Assembly: GCF_009914755.1 (NCBI RefSeq)
Contig: NC_060925.1
Direction: 5' to 3' (one strand)
Source: the human T2T-CHM13v2.0 reference genome, Homo sapiens
DNA length: 64,000 bases
This document shows positions 1-21,559 of this stretch, in pieces (the stretch's first letter is position 1; the number at the start of each line of letters is the position of its first letter). The position numbers were made by a program, and so were the translations under genes. The notes below the pieces were generated by a model that saw only the letters and a program-made list of their open reading frames with translations, was not told the DNA's origin and ran no database searches.

Positions 1-408
<408 letters not shown>

Positions 409-435
409 CTAGAATGTCCTTTATACATTTGAAAA

Positions 436-532
436 TTTTTTTTTTTTTAGCAATAGCAAGGTTTATTGTTTATTGTGAAGAGCGAAAGGACAAAGCTTCC
501 ACAGTGTGGAAGGGGACCCGAGCAGATTGCCC
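436..532 (-). mobile_element. Polyadenylated LTR12(HERV9)-like 3' fragment inserted by L1 machinery
   Basis: Reverse strand reads ggcaatctgctcgggtccccttccacactgtggaagctttg...caataaaccttgctattgct-poly(A); flanked by direct repeat tacatttgaaa (424-434, 533-543). Confidence 0.75.
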
Positions 533-1051
533 TACATTTGAAATTTTTAAACTGTCGTTGTGTTAACTGTTGAATTAAAATTTAAGTGTTTGGTCTGAAA
601 GTATTACTTCTGTTTCTTTGAATCTCGAGGTACTCTAACATTTAATGTTTATCATATATTCAGATGAGTATGGAATAAGATCATGTATCATCTATGTTAT
701 TTAACTATGTCCATATTGTAGTTTTCCAAGCTAAATTATGACAATTATACTCTATATCTGTGGTTTTTAAAAAAATGCTACTGTCAGAGCACATCACATT
801 ATGTATATAGTAAGCACTTTGTAGATACCTGCCAAATTTATTTAAATACCTTACATTTGGCTTCCCTACCAGAGCAGTGCCTGCAGTAGAACAAATTGAG
901 CTTATTGTCTAAAACTCTTAGTAATTGTACAGTTACTCAGGAAGTCACTGGAAGAGGAAACGACAATGGTCCTAAAAATTAGACGAATTATAGCAAAGTA
1001 TGACTTTTTAAAATTTTACTCAAAGCAGTGGGAGAATATAATACATTTTTA

Positions 1052-2009
<958 letters not shown>

Positions 2010-2444
2010 TTAAAATTTTTAGTTTTGAAGTTGAAAGATTAAACTTGTTATCTTAGAGATTGACTGATAGACTCTGTCACCAATCATATTAAAAGATCAG
2101 CAAATAAATTTTAGTGTCTACTATGACCCAGTTTTATACTAGGCCCTGAGGATACATTGGTGAGCTAAAACAGAGGTAGTTTTACACTCATTGAACATAC
2201 AGCCCAGTGAGGGAGACAGACATTAAATAGTAATGTTCATGTTTGATTAATTACAAATGAATTAAATGCTCTAACAAAAAGCAACAGATTTTCTTATAGT
2301 GTGTATAAAAGAAATCTGATGTAGATATATGGTATCAGGGAAGATGTAGTGCTTCTGGACCTAAAAAAAAAAAAAACAGAGGCTGTGCAGAGTCCACATC
2401 ATGCTGTCCATGTTAGGTATTTCAGTCATTTCCAGATTTATCAA

Positions 2445-2795
2445 TGATCTATTGCTGTGTAACAAACCACACCCAAACTTGGCAGCTTAAAACAACTCCA
2501 CAATTCTGTGAGTTCACTGGGTGATTCTTCTGCTGGTCTTGCCTGTGGCGGCTGCATTCAGCTGGGGGCTGAGCTGGGGGGCTGGTCTTCCCTATTAGGC
2601 CTCTTTGGTCTGGTGGTCCCAGGATTCTCAGAAGGTAGACTGAAGCTGCAAGGCTTCTTGAGGCCTAGGCTCTAGAACTTGCACATCACCACTGTTGGTT
2701 AAGGCAAGTGAGAAGGCTAGTAGTCTAGATTCAAGACTGAGGAGATAGATTCCACCTCTTGGTGGATGGAATTTGTGGCCATATTTTTCAATTTA
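2445..2795. mobile_element. Old MaLR (MLT1-like) LTR fragment
   Basis: tctattgctgtgtaacaaaccac...cagcttaaaacaac terminus typical of MLT1. Confidence 0.55.
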
Positions 2796-3267
2796 CCAGT
2801 CTATCAAGTAACTAATTAATAAATAGTTATTTACTAAGCATTGTTTTAAGAACTGGAAATCAAACATGAATAAGAGACAGTAATATATAAGTTGCCTTTT
2901 TTCCTTTTCTGTGGAGTACATGGTATTTGCTCATTGTCATTCCATTTTCCATAGAGATCAATATTTGTGAATGTTTTTTTCCATAGTAATGAATGATGAA
3001 ATGAATAAAATATAAACAGTAGAGTCTTAACCTAATTAGAGAAGAGGAGGAAAATCCCTGGGGATTATAAGTAATTTTTAGTCTTTCCAAATTTGCATAA
3101 AGAAACATATTTTGTAGTCAGAAAAGAATTAGTGCTATGCTGGTGTAGCCATGCAGTTATAAATGATATCTATAAGCACAAAAATTAATTTAGTAGTGAT
3201 AATCTTAGGGAACTCAAATTTTTCTTTCTAGTTATTATCACTTTGCTATCAGGTTTATTTTAGCTAC

Positions 3268-3597
<330 letters not shown>

Positions 3598-3781
3598 TAA
3601 AGGTGGTTTCTTCCTAGCTCAAACTTTACCCTTTTGAATAATTCTGAATTAATGAATAAACATTATATGTAAAACTAATAACAAAGACATTAGCTACCTG
3701 GAATTTTGTTTTTGCAGGAAACATCCCATAACAACAAAAGTATTTGATTTGCTTAGAGAGTTATTTTATTAGCAGTAATAG

Positions 3782-4099
<318 letters not shown>

Positions 4100-4445
4100 T
4101 GATTTAAATAAACTCCATAGCAGATGGCATGTTTACATAGGATTTAAGGCAGTGATGGACAGGATATTTGGCTCACAAGATGAGAAAGGCGAGAGGGACA
4201 GGTTTGAGTGCCCTGGCAAGGCACAGTGTAATTCTGGCCAACTCTAGCCCTCCCTCAGCAAGCCACATTTTAGAAACCAAAGTCATAAAGGTACTGTTTT
4301 GGCCAGTAATACAATTATGATCCATGCAGAATTCTCTGTCTTATTGGGAAGCTACTTTCTCTAAAATTATTCACAGAATAACTCCTATTGTTTATTTCTA
4401 GGTTCTGTATTTAGGGCTATGTTGGCTTTTAAAAACTGTGTGTCC

Positions 4446-4541
4446 AACATGGCACATGTATACATATGTAACAAACCTGCACGTTGTGCATATGCACCCT
4501 AGAACTTAAAGTATAATAAAAATAAATAAATAAAAATAAAA
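4446..4541 (+). mobile_element. 5'-truncated L1PA 3' end
   Basis: aacatggcacatgtatacatatgtaacaaacctgcacgttgtgca...cttaaagtataataa + A-rich tail. Confidence 0.85.
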
Positions 4542-4704
4542 GCTGCGTGCATATGCATATATGCGAATTTTTTAACAAAGGGAAAAAATACGATTTCTGG
4601 TTGACTTCATACAGCTAGTTATAATGATCTGTTACGCCAGACTTTCACATTTCTTGTGCATTTTATATGTATTCCTCTTAAATATTAATTTCTGTGTTTT
4701 ATAG

Positions 4705-4887
<183 letters not shown>

Positions 4888-5716
4888 TAAGATTTTTAGA
4901 TGTATGTGCATTTTAAATGTTGCAGGGTCATTGAAGCTAGGCAGTGGATACCTAGGGGTGGATTAAGGTCTCTACTTTTGTATATGTTTGGAATTTTTTA
5001 TAATACTAAATTTTAAAAATTCCGTTTGTCTCCAAATGGACTTCTTATAAAAGTTTAGAAATTGGCAGTTTGGCTGGGTAATTTTAAATTTAGTGTGATA
5101 TTTAGCAACATTATTTGGCACAGCATAACTCTCGTATTTCTCCCTGGTCCTACAGTAAATTTTCTAGATATAAAATGTATATTTTAGATATAAATGTATA
5201 TTTTAGAGTTTTTAATCATCAGTGTCTTTTATTTTTATAATCTTAATTTTTCTCTTCAAAAAATCATATTTTAAAATTAGGCTGGGAAGCAAAATTAAAA
5301 TATTTATTTTTAAATACAATTAATCAGTGGCCATTAATTAGGTAATTACAAATTATTGGCATTCTGTATTTGTTCGACAAGAATGGTTTTTAAAATGTAT
5401 CATATTTATTACTATTCCATAGAGCATTTGACCTTGTAATGTCATAGTTGATATGAAAAGGCTGTGGAAGGTGTTCATATCAAGGGCATTGGTGTTTTAA
5501 AATAACATTTGGTTGAAAAGATGAGATTTTTTAGCTTTGTGTTCATTTATAAAATTTTGTTATTAATAAGTCTTCATAAATAACATGTACCCAACGATCT
5601 TAAAAATCTAAATGATGACATCATTGATCTAGCTTAGGAGTAAGTAGATTCTGAAAGGAATAATGACTGGTTGCTATGACAATGTGGCTCTCACCAGCTG
5701 CTGATTTGTTGCTTGA

Positions 5717-5923
<207 letters not shown>

Positions 5924-8206
5924 TGATAAGTGAAAAGGTTAACATTTGTGTGCTTCTGTTGGATAATAGGATAACTGAAACTGGTGCTCATATGTTTAGG
6001 CAGTTTTAATAAATCATGCTTTTTAGCTGTTCTTAGAAAATGAAACTCATTTCCTTTATATATATATATGTTTCTAATCTTACTATACATTAGCAACAAT
6101 GTTCTAGGCAAATTTGCTTACAAGCATTCTTGTGAAGAGATTAAAAGTGTAAGAAAATGTAACCCACATAGAACAGAGTATCGAACATACTTTTTCCTCC
6201 TTTTTAAATATGTTTTGTCATAAAGCTTTTCCATCTTTTTCATAAGACACCCTTTCTTGTGGTTTTGCCTGGAATAGATGGCTTTATTTCACAACTGATT
6301 GGTTCAATGATGTGGAGTGTGCTATTGCGGACTGTCCCTCAGGAGCTGCACAGTGGTCTGTGACATTTAATAGGTATCATCTGAAACATTAGCATTAAAC
6401 AAAAGATGTATATTGCTCAGAACATGTGTTTAAAAAAAATATCAAAATAAAAATTTGAGGGTGTGGAACTGAAAATGTCTTCATGACTATTTTTGGGTTA
6501 AAGCAGGTGCCTTAGATAAAATATTGGCATATTCAGTGTGTATACTTTTTAAAACATTTTAAGAGACTGAATTTTATGAAGCAAACATTTTAGTACTGTA
6601 AACATGGAAGCCATGTCTGTTAAAATATATTTTGAGAATGCATAAATATTTAAATTCTTTAGTGGTATCATCAGAATAGGATCTGCTTTTACATTATAAG
6701 CATTACATGATAGTGTAGCTAGATGTGATATGAAGAGCACTTTTCAAAGAAATTCCATTATTTTAAACAAAAATTATGAGAAGAATCTCTTAGAAATTGG
6801 ACATTTTTTTCCTTGTGACTATTTCTGTGCTGATTTTTAAATGATGGTTTATTTTTACAAAATTTATGTAATGTAAAGTAACAAGATAAGATCAGCATTC
6901 CTTCAGTAGGTGTCTTCAGCTCTCTTCCGATTAGTAGCAAACTTTGGTTTTCTCTATTTTAGAGGATTTCATAGTTAAGTTGAGCTTCTGTGTTCTTTAA
7001 TTCTTCAAAGTGCTAATTAAAAATACATGTAAATACCCATATTTAAATAAAATGTTATTGGTAATCCAACTATCCAGCTAATCCAACAATCCTTTTTGAA
7101 TTGTCAAAAAGGACTTTTCGTTCTGTTACATTATATCAGTGTAATAATAATGTTTTAATCTTAAATAAGTTGAATTATAATGAGTTCTGACTTATGCATA
7201 ATTACTTCATTGGGAAACCCAGATAAAGGAATGGTTCTGGGTTGTCTGTTACTACATTTCGTATGTCATAGTTGAGTTACTGACCTTTGGGAGAAATTTT
7301 TTAGTTTAATTTCTTCCTGTGTATTATTGTGCAGAGTCATTTGCTTACTGCAAATCAGTCCTATAGTGCCATTTTCAGGATCCTGCTTTGTCTTATAGCA
7401 CATATCCTATAGAATAGAGATCATGGAAGATGCATGGTAGTTACAGATAATTTAATGTATTTTTTATTAGCTGATTTAATAAAAATCAAATAATTTTCAG
7501 AGATTGTATATATTTCTTCAAAATATGTCTTAAATCCCAGTAACCTTCAAAAGAAATACATTTGCTAAACTATATTTGTAGCTCTCATATAATTATTCCA
7601 GCCTACATATTTTCCTGACATTCAAATTCTTATTTGAAGAGCATAGACATGAGTTCTGCAATAAATTCCCATATAAACCTAACTTATAAAATGAATTTTT
7701 ATTTAATTATAAAAAGAATATTTTGAAGATTCTTATTTTATTTTCAGTAGAACCTTATTTTTTTATTTTCTCTTTCCTCCTTCCTCATTATATATCTGCA
7801 AAACCAGAAAATATTTTTAATTTCAAGAGTATTTTTACATTTAGTATAAACATTTTCTCATATTTAATAGCTTGTAGAATGTTACATTTGCTATAATCTG
7901 TAATTTTTTGTAATTTGGAGAACTAAATGAAACCAATTATCTAAAATGTCACAGTTTGAGAAAATTCTCATGTTTTTCTAAATGTATGAATCTTCTCTGT
8001 GAGATTGTACAGTTCTTATTTATTAATTTTAATAACATAAAACCTAGGGGCCAGAGAATAAGATAGAAAATGAGGTTCTTTTAAAAAAATTCTAAAATAT
8101 AATAGGGAGTTGTTTTGTATACTAGATTGGTTTCAGGTTTATTAAGTTATTTCCATCAAAATATAACCTTTTTTCTACTGACATACTATTTTTCCTTTAC
8201 TTCTAA

Positions 8207-8401
<195 letters not shown>

Positions 8402-8665
8402 TAAAAATCTATTCATTAATTGAAGCTATTTCTTAATGGAAAATTTTTCTTTTTCTAAATCAAGTGAACATTTAATAAATGTTTTAAAGTGAATTTTTTA
8501 TATCCAGTTGGCACTGGAAGTATCTACCTTTTTCATTTCCTTGAAAACCTTTTTGGCAGCTAACGTATTAGAGCTATTTCAGTCTATTAGAAGTTGTTTA
8601 GAACTCTAGACCTAATTCAATGTCTGTTTTTCTAATTAGCCTACTTCTTAAAAAAGAAGATTTTA

Positions 8666-8965
<300 letters not shown>

Positions 8966-9692
8966 TTAATTCACATAATGTATTTTTGGTGTTTTTGAAA
9001 AAAGCAATTAGTACTAAGAGTACAACTGTGTTTTACTTTAAAAGTTACTTGGTATACTTTTATGAGGTATCTAAAGTAGTTGAATTCTTAGAAGGTAGTA
9101 TTGTGGTTGCTGAAAACTAGAGGGAGGGAGAAAGGGGGAGTTGTTCAATGAGTACAGAGTTTCCATTTTGCAAGATGAAAAGTTTTCTGTTGTGCAACGA
9201 AGTGCATGCAGCTAACATTACTACACTGTTACTGAAGTGTATTAAAGAGTACTTAAGTGTATTAAATGGTTAAGATGGTAGATTTCATGTTTTGTGTGTT
9301 GTTTGTTTGTTTTTGACCACCCACAAGGTTATTTGGTGTTTTTCTTATAACCTGAAATAAATTTGTCTTCCCAAAAATGTTATTAATTATGGTTAGGGTT
9401 CCTAGCTGACTTACAGATGTTCACTTAACCAATAATATATTCAAAGTACAAAATTATTCTAACCTCTGTGTGGTACAATGATAGACATACATTGAGAGTT
9501 CCAGTTTGGAATGCAATGAACGTATTGCCCTAGCAGAGTGGAATAGGAAATCCTTTTTTCTTCCTCATCAGCCAGTTGATAGGAACTAATGCAGCTCCAA
9601 GCCACAACTGAGAGTTGTCATGGCTTGAGGAAGAGGTCAAGCTCCAAATGTCTTGAGTGAGAAACTGGGAGACTGGAGTTTTTGCCAATTAA

Positions 9693-10097
<405 letters not shown>

Positions 10098-10509
10098 TAG
10101 ACCGACGATGCATATTATACCTTGAAAGTGCTGAGAAACACTAAAGAATACTTTTGAATTGTTGCATCCAAAATTTTCCCCAATGTTATAGCTATGGAAT
10201 ACGACTAGGGTCCCGACAACCCTTTTAAAGCATATTATACGATTCCACAGAACATACTCTAGGAAATGGTGCACTAGGACATTTTTTTCTGTGTTCCCTG
10301 TTATCCCCGTGTTTTTTAAAGGCCCCCAGGAATTAGCCTACTTGCCTTCCTATCCCCTGCTACTCACCAGGCTTTTCTGCCTTCCTTGCCTTACTGCAGA
10401 ATAGAACAAAGTTTCATTATTTTTCCTCATCCTCCTGACTTTGTGGTTGTCTAAGTCTTTTTTCTGTTAAGAACAATGGGAAGGAAGGAAGTTTCCCCCA
10501 GAAAGACAG

Positions 10510-10705
10510 TGATATGCTGAAATGGATGCTGGACACAAAATCAAAAGAGTTCAAATTTTGGCTTTGCATTTATTATGTGTCATCTGTGAGTCTTAGTTTG
10601 CTTATTTATAAAATGGAGTAATAAAACCTAGCAGGATTATTGTGAAAATTAGGTGAAATAATTTATGTGCAATTATCTGGTATGTAGTAAGTGCTCAATA
10701 AATGT
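10510..10705 (+). mobile_element. MIR (another MIR at ~13140-13360)
   Basis: Core ...tataaaatggagtaataa...gtaagtgctcaataaatg. Confidence 0.6.
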
Positions 10706-12055
10706 GGAGCAAATAAATGTGTTTTCCAAACAGGGATGAGCTATCTAGGAGGTGGGAGAAAGTTAATCAGATAAGACAGGGAAAGAGGTTTTTTGTTTGT
10801 TTGTTTTGTTGTGGTGGTGGTTGTTGTTGCCTGCTTCATTTTTCCTTCATAGAGCGATTTAAGAAGAATGCTTAGTACCAAAATACTTAAGGATAAAATA
10901 TATGATATCTGGGATTTGCTTCAAAATAAAATGGGGGTGGGTGTGTATGAAATAAAATTGGAATTAATAATGAATTAATAATTTTTAGAGCTGGCTATTA
11001 GGTACGTGAGGATTCATTATACTCTTCTGTCCTCTTATGATTATGTTTAATTTTTCCTATTTTTTGAGACAGGGTCTCACTCTGTCACCCAGGCTGGAGT
11101 GGAGTGACACAATCACAACTCACTGCAGCCCTGACCTTCTGGGCTCAAGGGATCCTTCCACCTCTGCTTCCTGAATAGCAGGCATAGGCCCAAGCTACCA
11201 TGCCTGGCTAATGTTTGTATTTTTTTTTGTAGAGGCGGGGTTTTGCCATGTTGCCTAGGCTGGTCTCAAACTCCTGGGCTCAAGCAATCCGCACCTGGCC
11301 TATTGTGAAATTTTTCAAGGCATACAGCTATACCATATACTATATAGATTTCACCCATAGCGTAATACTTCAAGATGCATAAATTCAAGGATAGAATAAA
11401 TTAAGTAGATTCAGTGTTAAGGGTGGGAAGGAGTTCTAAAAGCAGAAGTCAGCCTGGTTTTAGGTATTAAAAATAGAGAAATGTTTTTTTTTTGAGCTAA
11501 GATTTGAGCAAGAAAACAAAAAATGAGGACCAAGCCTATCTGAACGTTTTAAATGTTAGAATCCTAGAAGACTGCTGTGAATAGGACCAGTCTCTACGCT
11601 GTGGACAGGCATAAGCTGAGACCCAAAGCTGTTAATAATTTCTGAAATGTCCCAGGCTGGTTAGAAGCAAAACTAGGACAAGAATCTAGTGGTTGTTTTA
11701 TCACCGTGCTTTCCTTTTTTCTAAATTTAACCAAGTTATTTATTGTGTATTTTTTTGTGTGCACCCACATTCATATATGTTATTTTATCTTTGACAGCTT
11801 TTAATGTAATTGGAAGCTTTTCATATTTAAAAATAGACCTTAAACTGCATATCAAAATATGCAATATATGCCCAGCATTAACAACATTGATTACGTTTTT
11901 TGTTTGTTTGTTTTTTGAGTATCCAATATGTGACATGGTGCCGAGGGATACAAAAGATGAAGAGAGCACAGGCTCTGCCTCAGACCTCTACAATCTCATA
12001 CAGCTTCCAAAGGAAAAAAAAAACCGTTTGCATACTTACATAAAGAATGACAATA

Positions 12056-12682
<627 letters not shown>

Positions 12683-13685
12683 AATGACAATATGATCTTA
12701 AAATATTATCCTAGAATTTCTACCAACTTAAAAATTTTCTTTGTTCCCTTTCATATCAAGGTTGGTTCTAAGGAAAATGATGAAGTAGGTATGTTTATCT
12801 TCAGTGCCATTTTATTTGTCCCTTTTTAGCCTATTTCAGCTATTTTTAGGATCCCTTTTCCTTCGCTTCCTATAGCCAGCCAGTGCTATACTAGTATCTT
12901 ATTTGTCCAAAAACCAAGCTTTGCAGATGTAGTGTATTGATGTGCTGTGCTTCCTAGGAGCTTTTAAAAAAAAATTTTTTTAAATAAGGACTCCAAGAAG
13001 TAAAGGATTCTTCCCACAGAGGATTAAGTCTTTAATGATAAAATTTCTGGCACTTGGAATAAGGTTGAAGAGAGAATTTTTATTGAAAATCTTTATAATG
13101 TCCCTCAAATTATGCTATATAGATGACTTCGGTGTGAGGTTAAAAAATGAGCTCAAGTCCTGATTCCATCCCTCATCAGCCTGAGACCTGGGGTAAATCA
13201 CATACCTACTTTAATCCTCAATTTCTTGTCTAAGAAATAGAAACAGCCACAGGAGCTAGTTCATGGGACTGTTGTGAGGATTAAGTGGGATGATGTATAC
13301 AAAAGATGTAGTATAAAACATGGGAGTAAGCCTTCTAAAAAATCATGGATATTATCATTCCTCAGGGCATCCTGAATCTTTATAGACATTAATCTCTATC
13401 AAAACTTCATACATTAAAAAAGCCTTCCTTTTATTTATTTATTTACTTTAATAGATAGAATAGCATGCCTTTAAAATAAACACTTATGCTGTATTTCAGA
13501 TTTGATTACGGTAATCTAAGACAAAGTTTTGATCCAAATGATCAAAGACAGTTCAAGCTTTGACCTTAAATCATAATATGAACTTTTCTATTTTTTTTCT
13601 TTGAAAGACTGGCTTTTGGAAACATAAAATATTATATGTTAAAGATTTCAGTCAAATTACAAAGTATTTTTTTTCTTTTTTATAG

Positions 13686-14411
<726 letters not shown>

Positions 14412-14660
14412 TAGCACTGTAATTTTTAATATCTCCTGACAGTTAAATTTCCTTCAAAAAACAAAAACCTAAACCTGTATTTGGGCTTTTATTTAGTTTC
14501 AGATGCCAACAGAATACTTATGTATATGTACTTATGCAAACAGAGAAAATGGTAGTCCTTCCCACTTTAATATTTCATTTTGTTTATAGTGTCTAACCAG
14601 TAAACTTACACGTTTGTTACATATTTAATGTATTCTCTCTTATGACTCACTTTTTCTTAA

Positions 14661-14756
<96 letters not shown>

Positions 14757-15148
14757 TAGGTCTTCATTCAGTGTTTTAACCTATCTGTTAGCTTTCTCTC
14801 AAAGTTAATTATATACTAACTGCTAGCTAAATATTTTTAAAATATCTTTTATTTTTTGTTAATGTATTTACATAATATTTTAACACAGTTTTTTATTTAT
14901 TAAAAGAAATTAGTATATGCAAAATGATTGAGGCACAATATTTAAAAGAATATATTAATGTGTACTATGGCATATGATTATACCTTGCTTTATTATACTT
15001 GATCTACAGTTTTATAAACTTAAAAAGACTTATGAGCATATGATTTTTCTATTTTCAGGAGAGATGTATTTTTTATTTCTTGAAAAAAACTGTTTCAGGT
15101 ATTGGTCTTTTAAAAAGTTCATGTTTTGGAATCTAAGTGTAATACTGA

Positions 15149-15397
<249 letters not shown>

Positions 15398-15820
15398 TAA
15401 GCAAAATATGGTTTTACTCATTTTATGTTTGTTTCACACCATAGAGATGAGATTGTAAACTTTTACTTTTCAGACAGGTGTTTTGGGATGTAGGTTTGGT
15501 TTTTGTTGTTCTGTTGTTGTTATTGTTGAGACAGGGTCTTGCTCTGTCACCCAGGCTGGAGTACAGTGGCATGATCACACTGCAGTCCTCCTTCCTCTGC
15601 CTCCCAAAGTGCTGGGATTACAGGCATGAGTCAACACACCTGGCCTCTGTTTGGTTTTCATTGTCTTTTGTGAGAGAAATAATTAAGGGAGTCACTAATT
15701 TATCTGCATTTCTGGTCCTTTTAAATATTATGCCCATGTTTCTTGAAAGTTCCATTGATAATTATAGGAATTTCATTTGTAAAACTGGCACTAAAGAGCT
15801 CTATAAAAAGTAATAGTGCA

Positions 15821-16118
15821 GGCTAGGCGCGGTGGCTCACGCCTGTAATCCAAGCACTTTGGGAGGCCAAGGCGGGTGGATCACCTGAGGTCAGGAGTTC
15901 AAGACCAGCCTGACCAATATGGTGAAACCCCATCTCTACTAAAAACACAAAAATTAGCCAGGTGTGGTGGTGTGTGCTTGTTGTCCCAGCTACTTGGGAG
16001 GCTGAGACAGGAGAACTGCTTGAACCTGGGAGGCGGAGGTTGCAGTCAGCTGAGATCTTGCCTCTATACTCCAGGCTGGGCGACAGAGCGAGACTCTATC
16101 TCAAAAAAAAAAAAAAAA
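15821..16118 (+). mobile_element. AluS
   Basis: Full dimer with poly(A); taatagtgcag flanking repeat. Confidence 0.85.
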
Positions 16119-17084
16119 TTGATAATGATAATAATAGTGCAGTCTAAACAACTATAATACATAAGGAGGAAGAATTTCCCTTCCAGAATCTGTGTGAGTC
16201 CATTGTTTTTCAGTGTTCTGAAAACGAAAAGAGTACTGATCAGATTGCATAATTTGCTAAAATAATAACCAATTTTCAAAATTGCTTTTATGTATCAAGC
16301 ATTAACATATGTAAAAGCAGTTCTTAAAATGCTAAAAACAGTTTTGATTTAGATTATGAATTATTACTGAAAATCAATTAAAAATAAGGTAGAGAAAACA
16401 TTTTCATATCCTAGTAATAACTAAATGTTAAACATTTTAAAATATTTGATAATTCTGTTTGGCAGATTTGAATGTCCAAAATATCATCTCTAAGACTTTC
16501 ACCAGTATAAACAAATGGATTCCCCAAATTAATCCCCTTCTTTCCAGTCAGCAGTTTTAGTTTCCACTGGAGATCTAAGTTGTTAATCCTAATGAGCTAC
16601 AGTAATAATAATCTGGTTATGACAAGTAAATTGGTTTTATTCATGTTTGAAGAAAACAACTGCAACAATTTTAACAGTTCTATTTATTTTATATTTAGCT
16701 TGATTCTCCTTTTCAGCTATGTAGAGCACACTATTTTTTTTTCTCCAAAAACTTCAAAGGGAAGACCTTTCTTGCTCCTTTGATAAAAGAAAATCCGATT
16801 TTTTCACCCTCATATATTTTTGCAAATCCAGTTTTGGCATAAAAATCAAGTCTGTTTACTTGAGGAAGAGAGATCCTATTTTAGTAATTTTTACTGGGAC
16901 CCTGGAGTAGTCCCTCTATATTTTTAATTGAAAAAATTTTTTTATTTTATCATGTAACTGATTCCTAATCTGTGCTTGTCCATTTGATCATAGATATGTT
17001 ACCCTTCCATTGTGTTCTTGATTTTATTTTTTCTGAAGTAATTTTAAAACAAATTACTAAATTTTACTCACAAATTGGAGGTGA

Positions 17085-19466
<2,382 letters not shown>

Positions 19467-20710
19467 TAGAAATGCTAAATGCATAAGAAAATAAGTTTAT
19501 AAAATTTTAAAGTTGTATGAAGCCCTGAATGTTATATTTTAGTCAGATAGAATAATTACTTAAGCAACAGATTAAAATTTTAAATGAAAAATGTCTTAAT
19601 ATGAAAATTACTCATTCTTTATTGTTCACTTAAAATCCTAATGAAGAAGTAATATCTAGTAAAAATTTTGATTGTTATATAGAGCTAACCTACTAAGAGA
19701 TTTTAAATGAAAGAATAAAAAGAAAAACTTAGTTTGCTGCTATTTAGTTATTTATGTATAATTTAACACAAGAATTCTTGACTATTAGAAATTTTATTAT
19801 ACATTGGATATGATTTATAGACTTGATAGTATATAAGAGGCCTGTGCAATAACTCTAGTAATATGTAACTAAAAGCACTGAACTATTTTAACAACTAGAT
19901 TGATTATTACAATTTATATACATTTTACAGAGATTAAAATTTTCAGGATCTGTCTATTCTAAAGTTTTCAAATAAAAAGATAAATTTCCTAAGAGATTAT
20001 ATTTAGAAGCAATGATAATATATGAAAAAAGCCCAGGCTTATTTCATATTGTTTAGATGATTTTCTGTCTAATTGTTTTGTGTTTTTTGTCTTCCTTATT
20101 ATAGTAATTCAGACTAATGACCCACATTTAAAATATGCAATAGTGGCTGACTGAGTAGCTATTGTGTATTATAACTAAGAAAAATACTGATCAGTAGTTT
20201 CCTGTTCAGCAAAATCGGAAGAATAAGGAGGTCTTTAAAGTTGTACTTTTTCGTTTGTTTGTCCTTGCTTGCATCTTCCTTTGCATGTGCAATATACAAA
20301 TAAGCCTTTAGGTGAAATGTATTTATCCCTGCCTTTTGCAACGGACTTACCCTAAAAGTCATCATCAAAACACTATGTCTTTTTTTTTTCTCTTTTTCTA
20401 TTGTAGTGAATTAGATATATGTGCACATTCTATGTTTATGTTTAAATGATTTATGTTTTCTGTATCACAAGTTTTCAAATTAAAGTATGGAGAATTATTG
20501 TTAGTTGCCTATGTTGATTTTGCTTCTAAACATTACCCTTGAATTTTAAACACATAAAAATGCCTCAAAAATCTTGTCAATTTTGTATAGAAGTTATTTT
20601 TCCCATTCTGTGTTTTTTTTTTTTTTTGACTATCACTGTTATATTGTGTTAATATTCTACAAAACTCTGAGGGTACCAACGTGCAATTTTTACATTGTGT
20701 AGTATTATGA

Positions 20711-21187
<477 letters not shown>

Positions 21188-21553
21188 GTGTTAACATTTT
21201 GGAAAAATTTATGCCACTCCTTTATTTTTTGATGCCTATATTATATCCAAATGATAATTGCATTAGCCGGATATAAACTTTCTTTAATATTGAGTCTTTC
21301 CAATTTAATGAGGTAAACATAGTTTATTTATTAATATATCACATATAGAAAAATGTTTTTCTAAAGTTTTTGAGCATGTTTTCTCTAATTATTAGAGAAA
21401 TTAGAAGACTTATAAGGAAACCCTAGCTTCAGTTTTCCTTTCCTAGCTGATGATTTGTTCACTTAATCATTATTCAAGAATTTAAAATGTGAATGCAGAA
21501 GTAGATCAGTCCCTTTACTTTTTGCTCTGCATAGGGTAACATAGTAATTTAAC

Positions 21554-21559
21554 AATAAA
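21554..21559 (+). terminator. BTBD8: Polyadenylation signal of BTBD8 (3'UTR ~21188-21580)
   Basis: AATAAA ~370 nt after the stop, followed by GT-rich sequence (gtgcttgtgtcc, gttttctgtg). Confidence 0.7.

Noticed and set aside
6301-6387. Possible box C/D snoRNA (ATGATGT...CTGA with gtt/aac ends)
   Set aside because: Imperfect box C, only a 3-bp stem and no recognisable rRNA guide; the splice-site reading explains the segment better.
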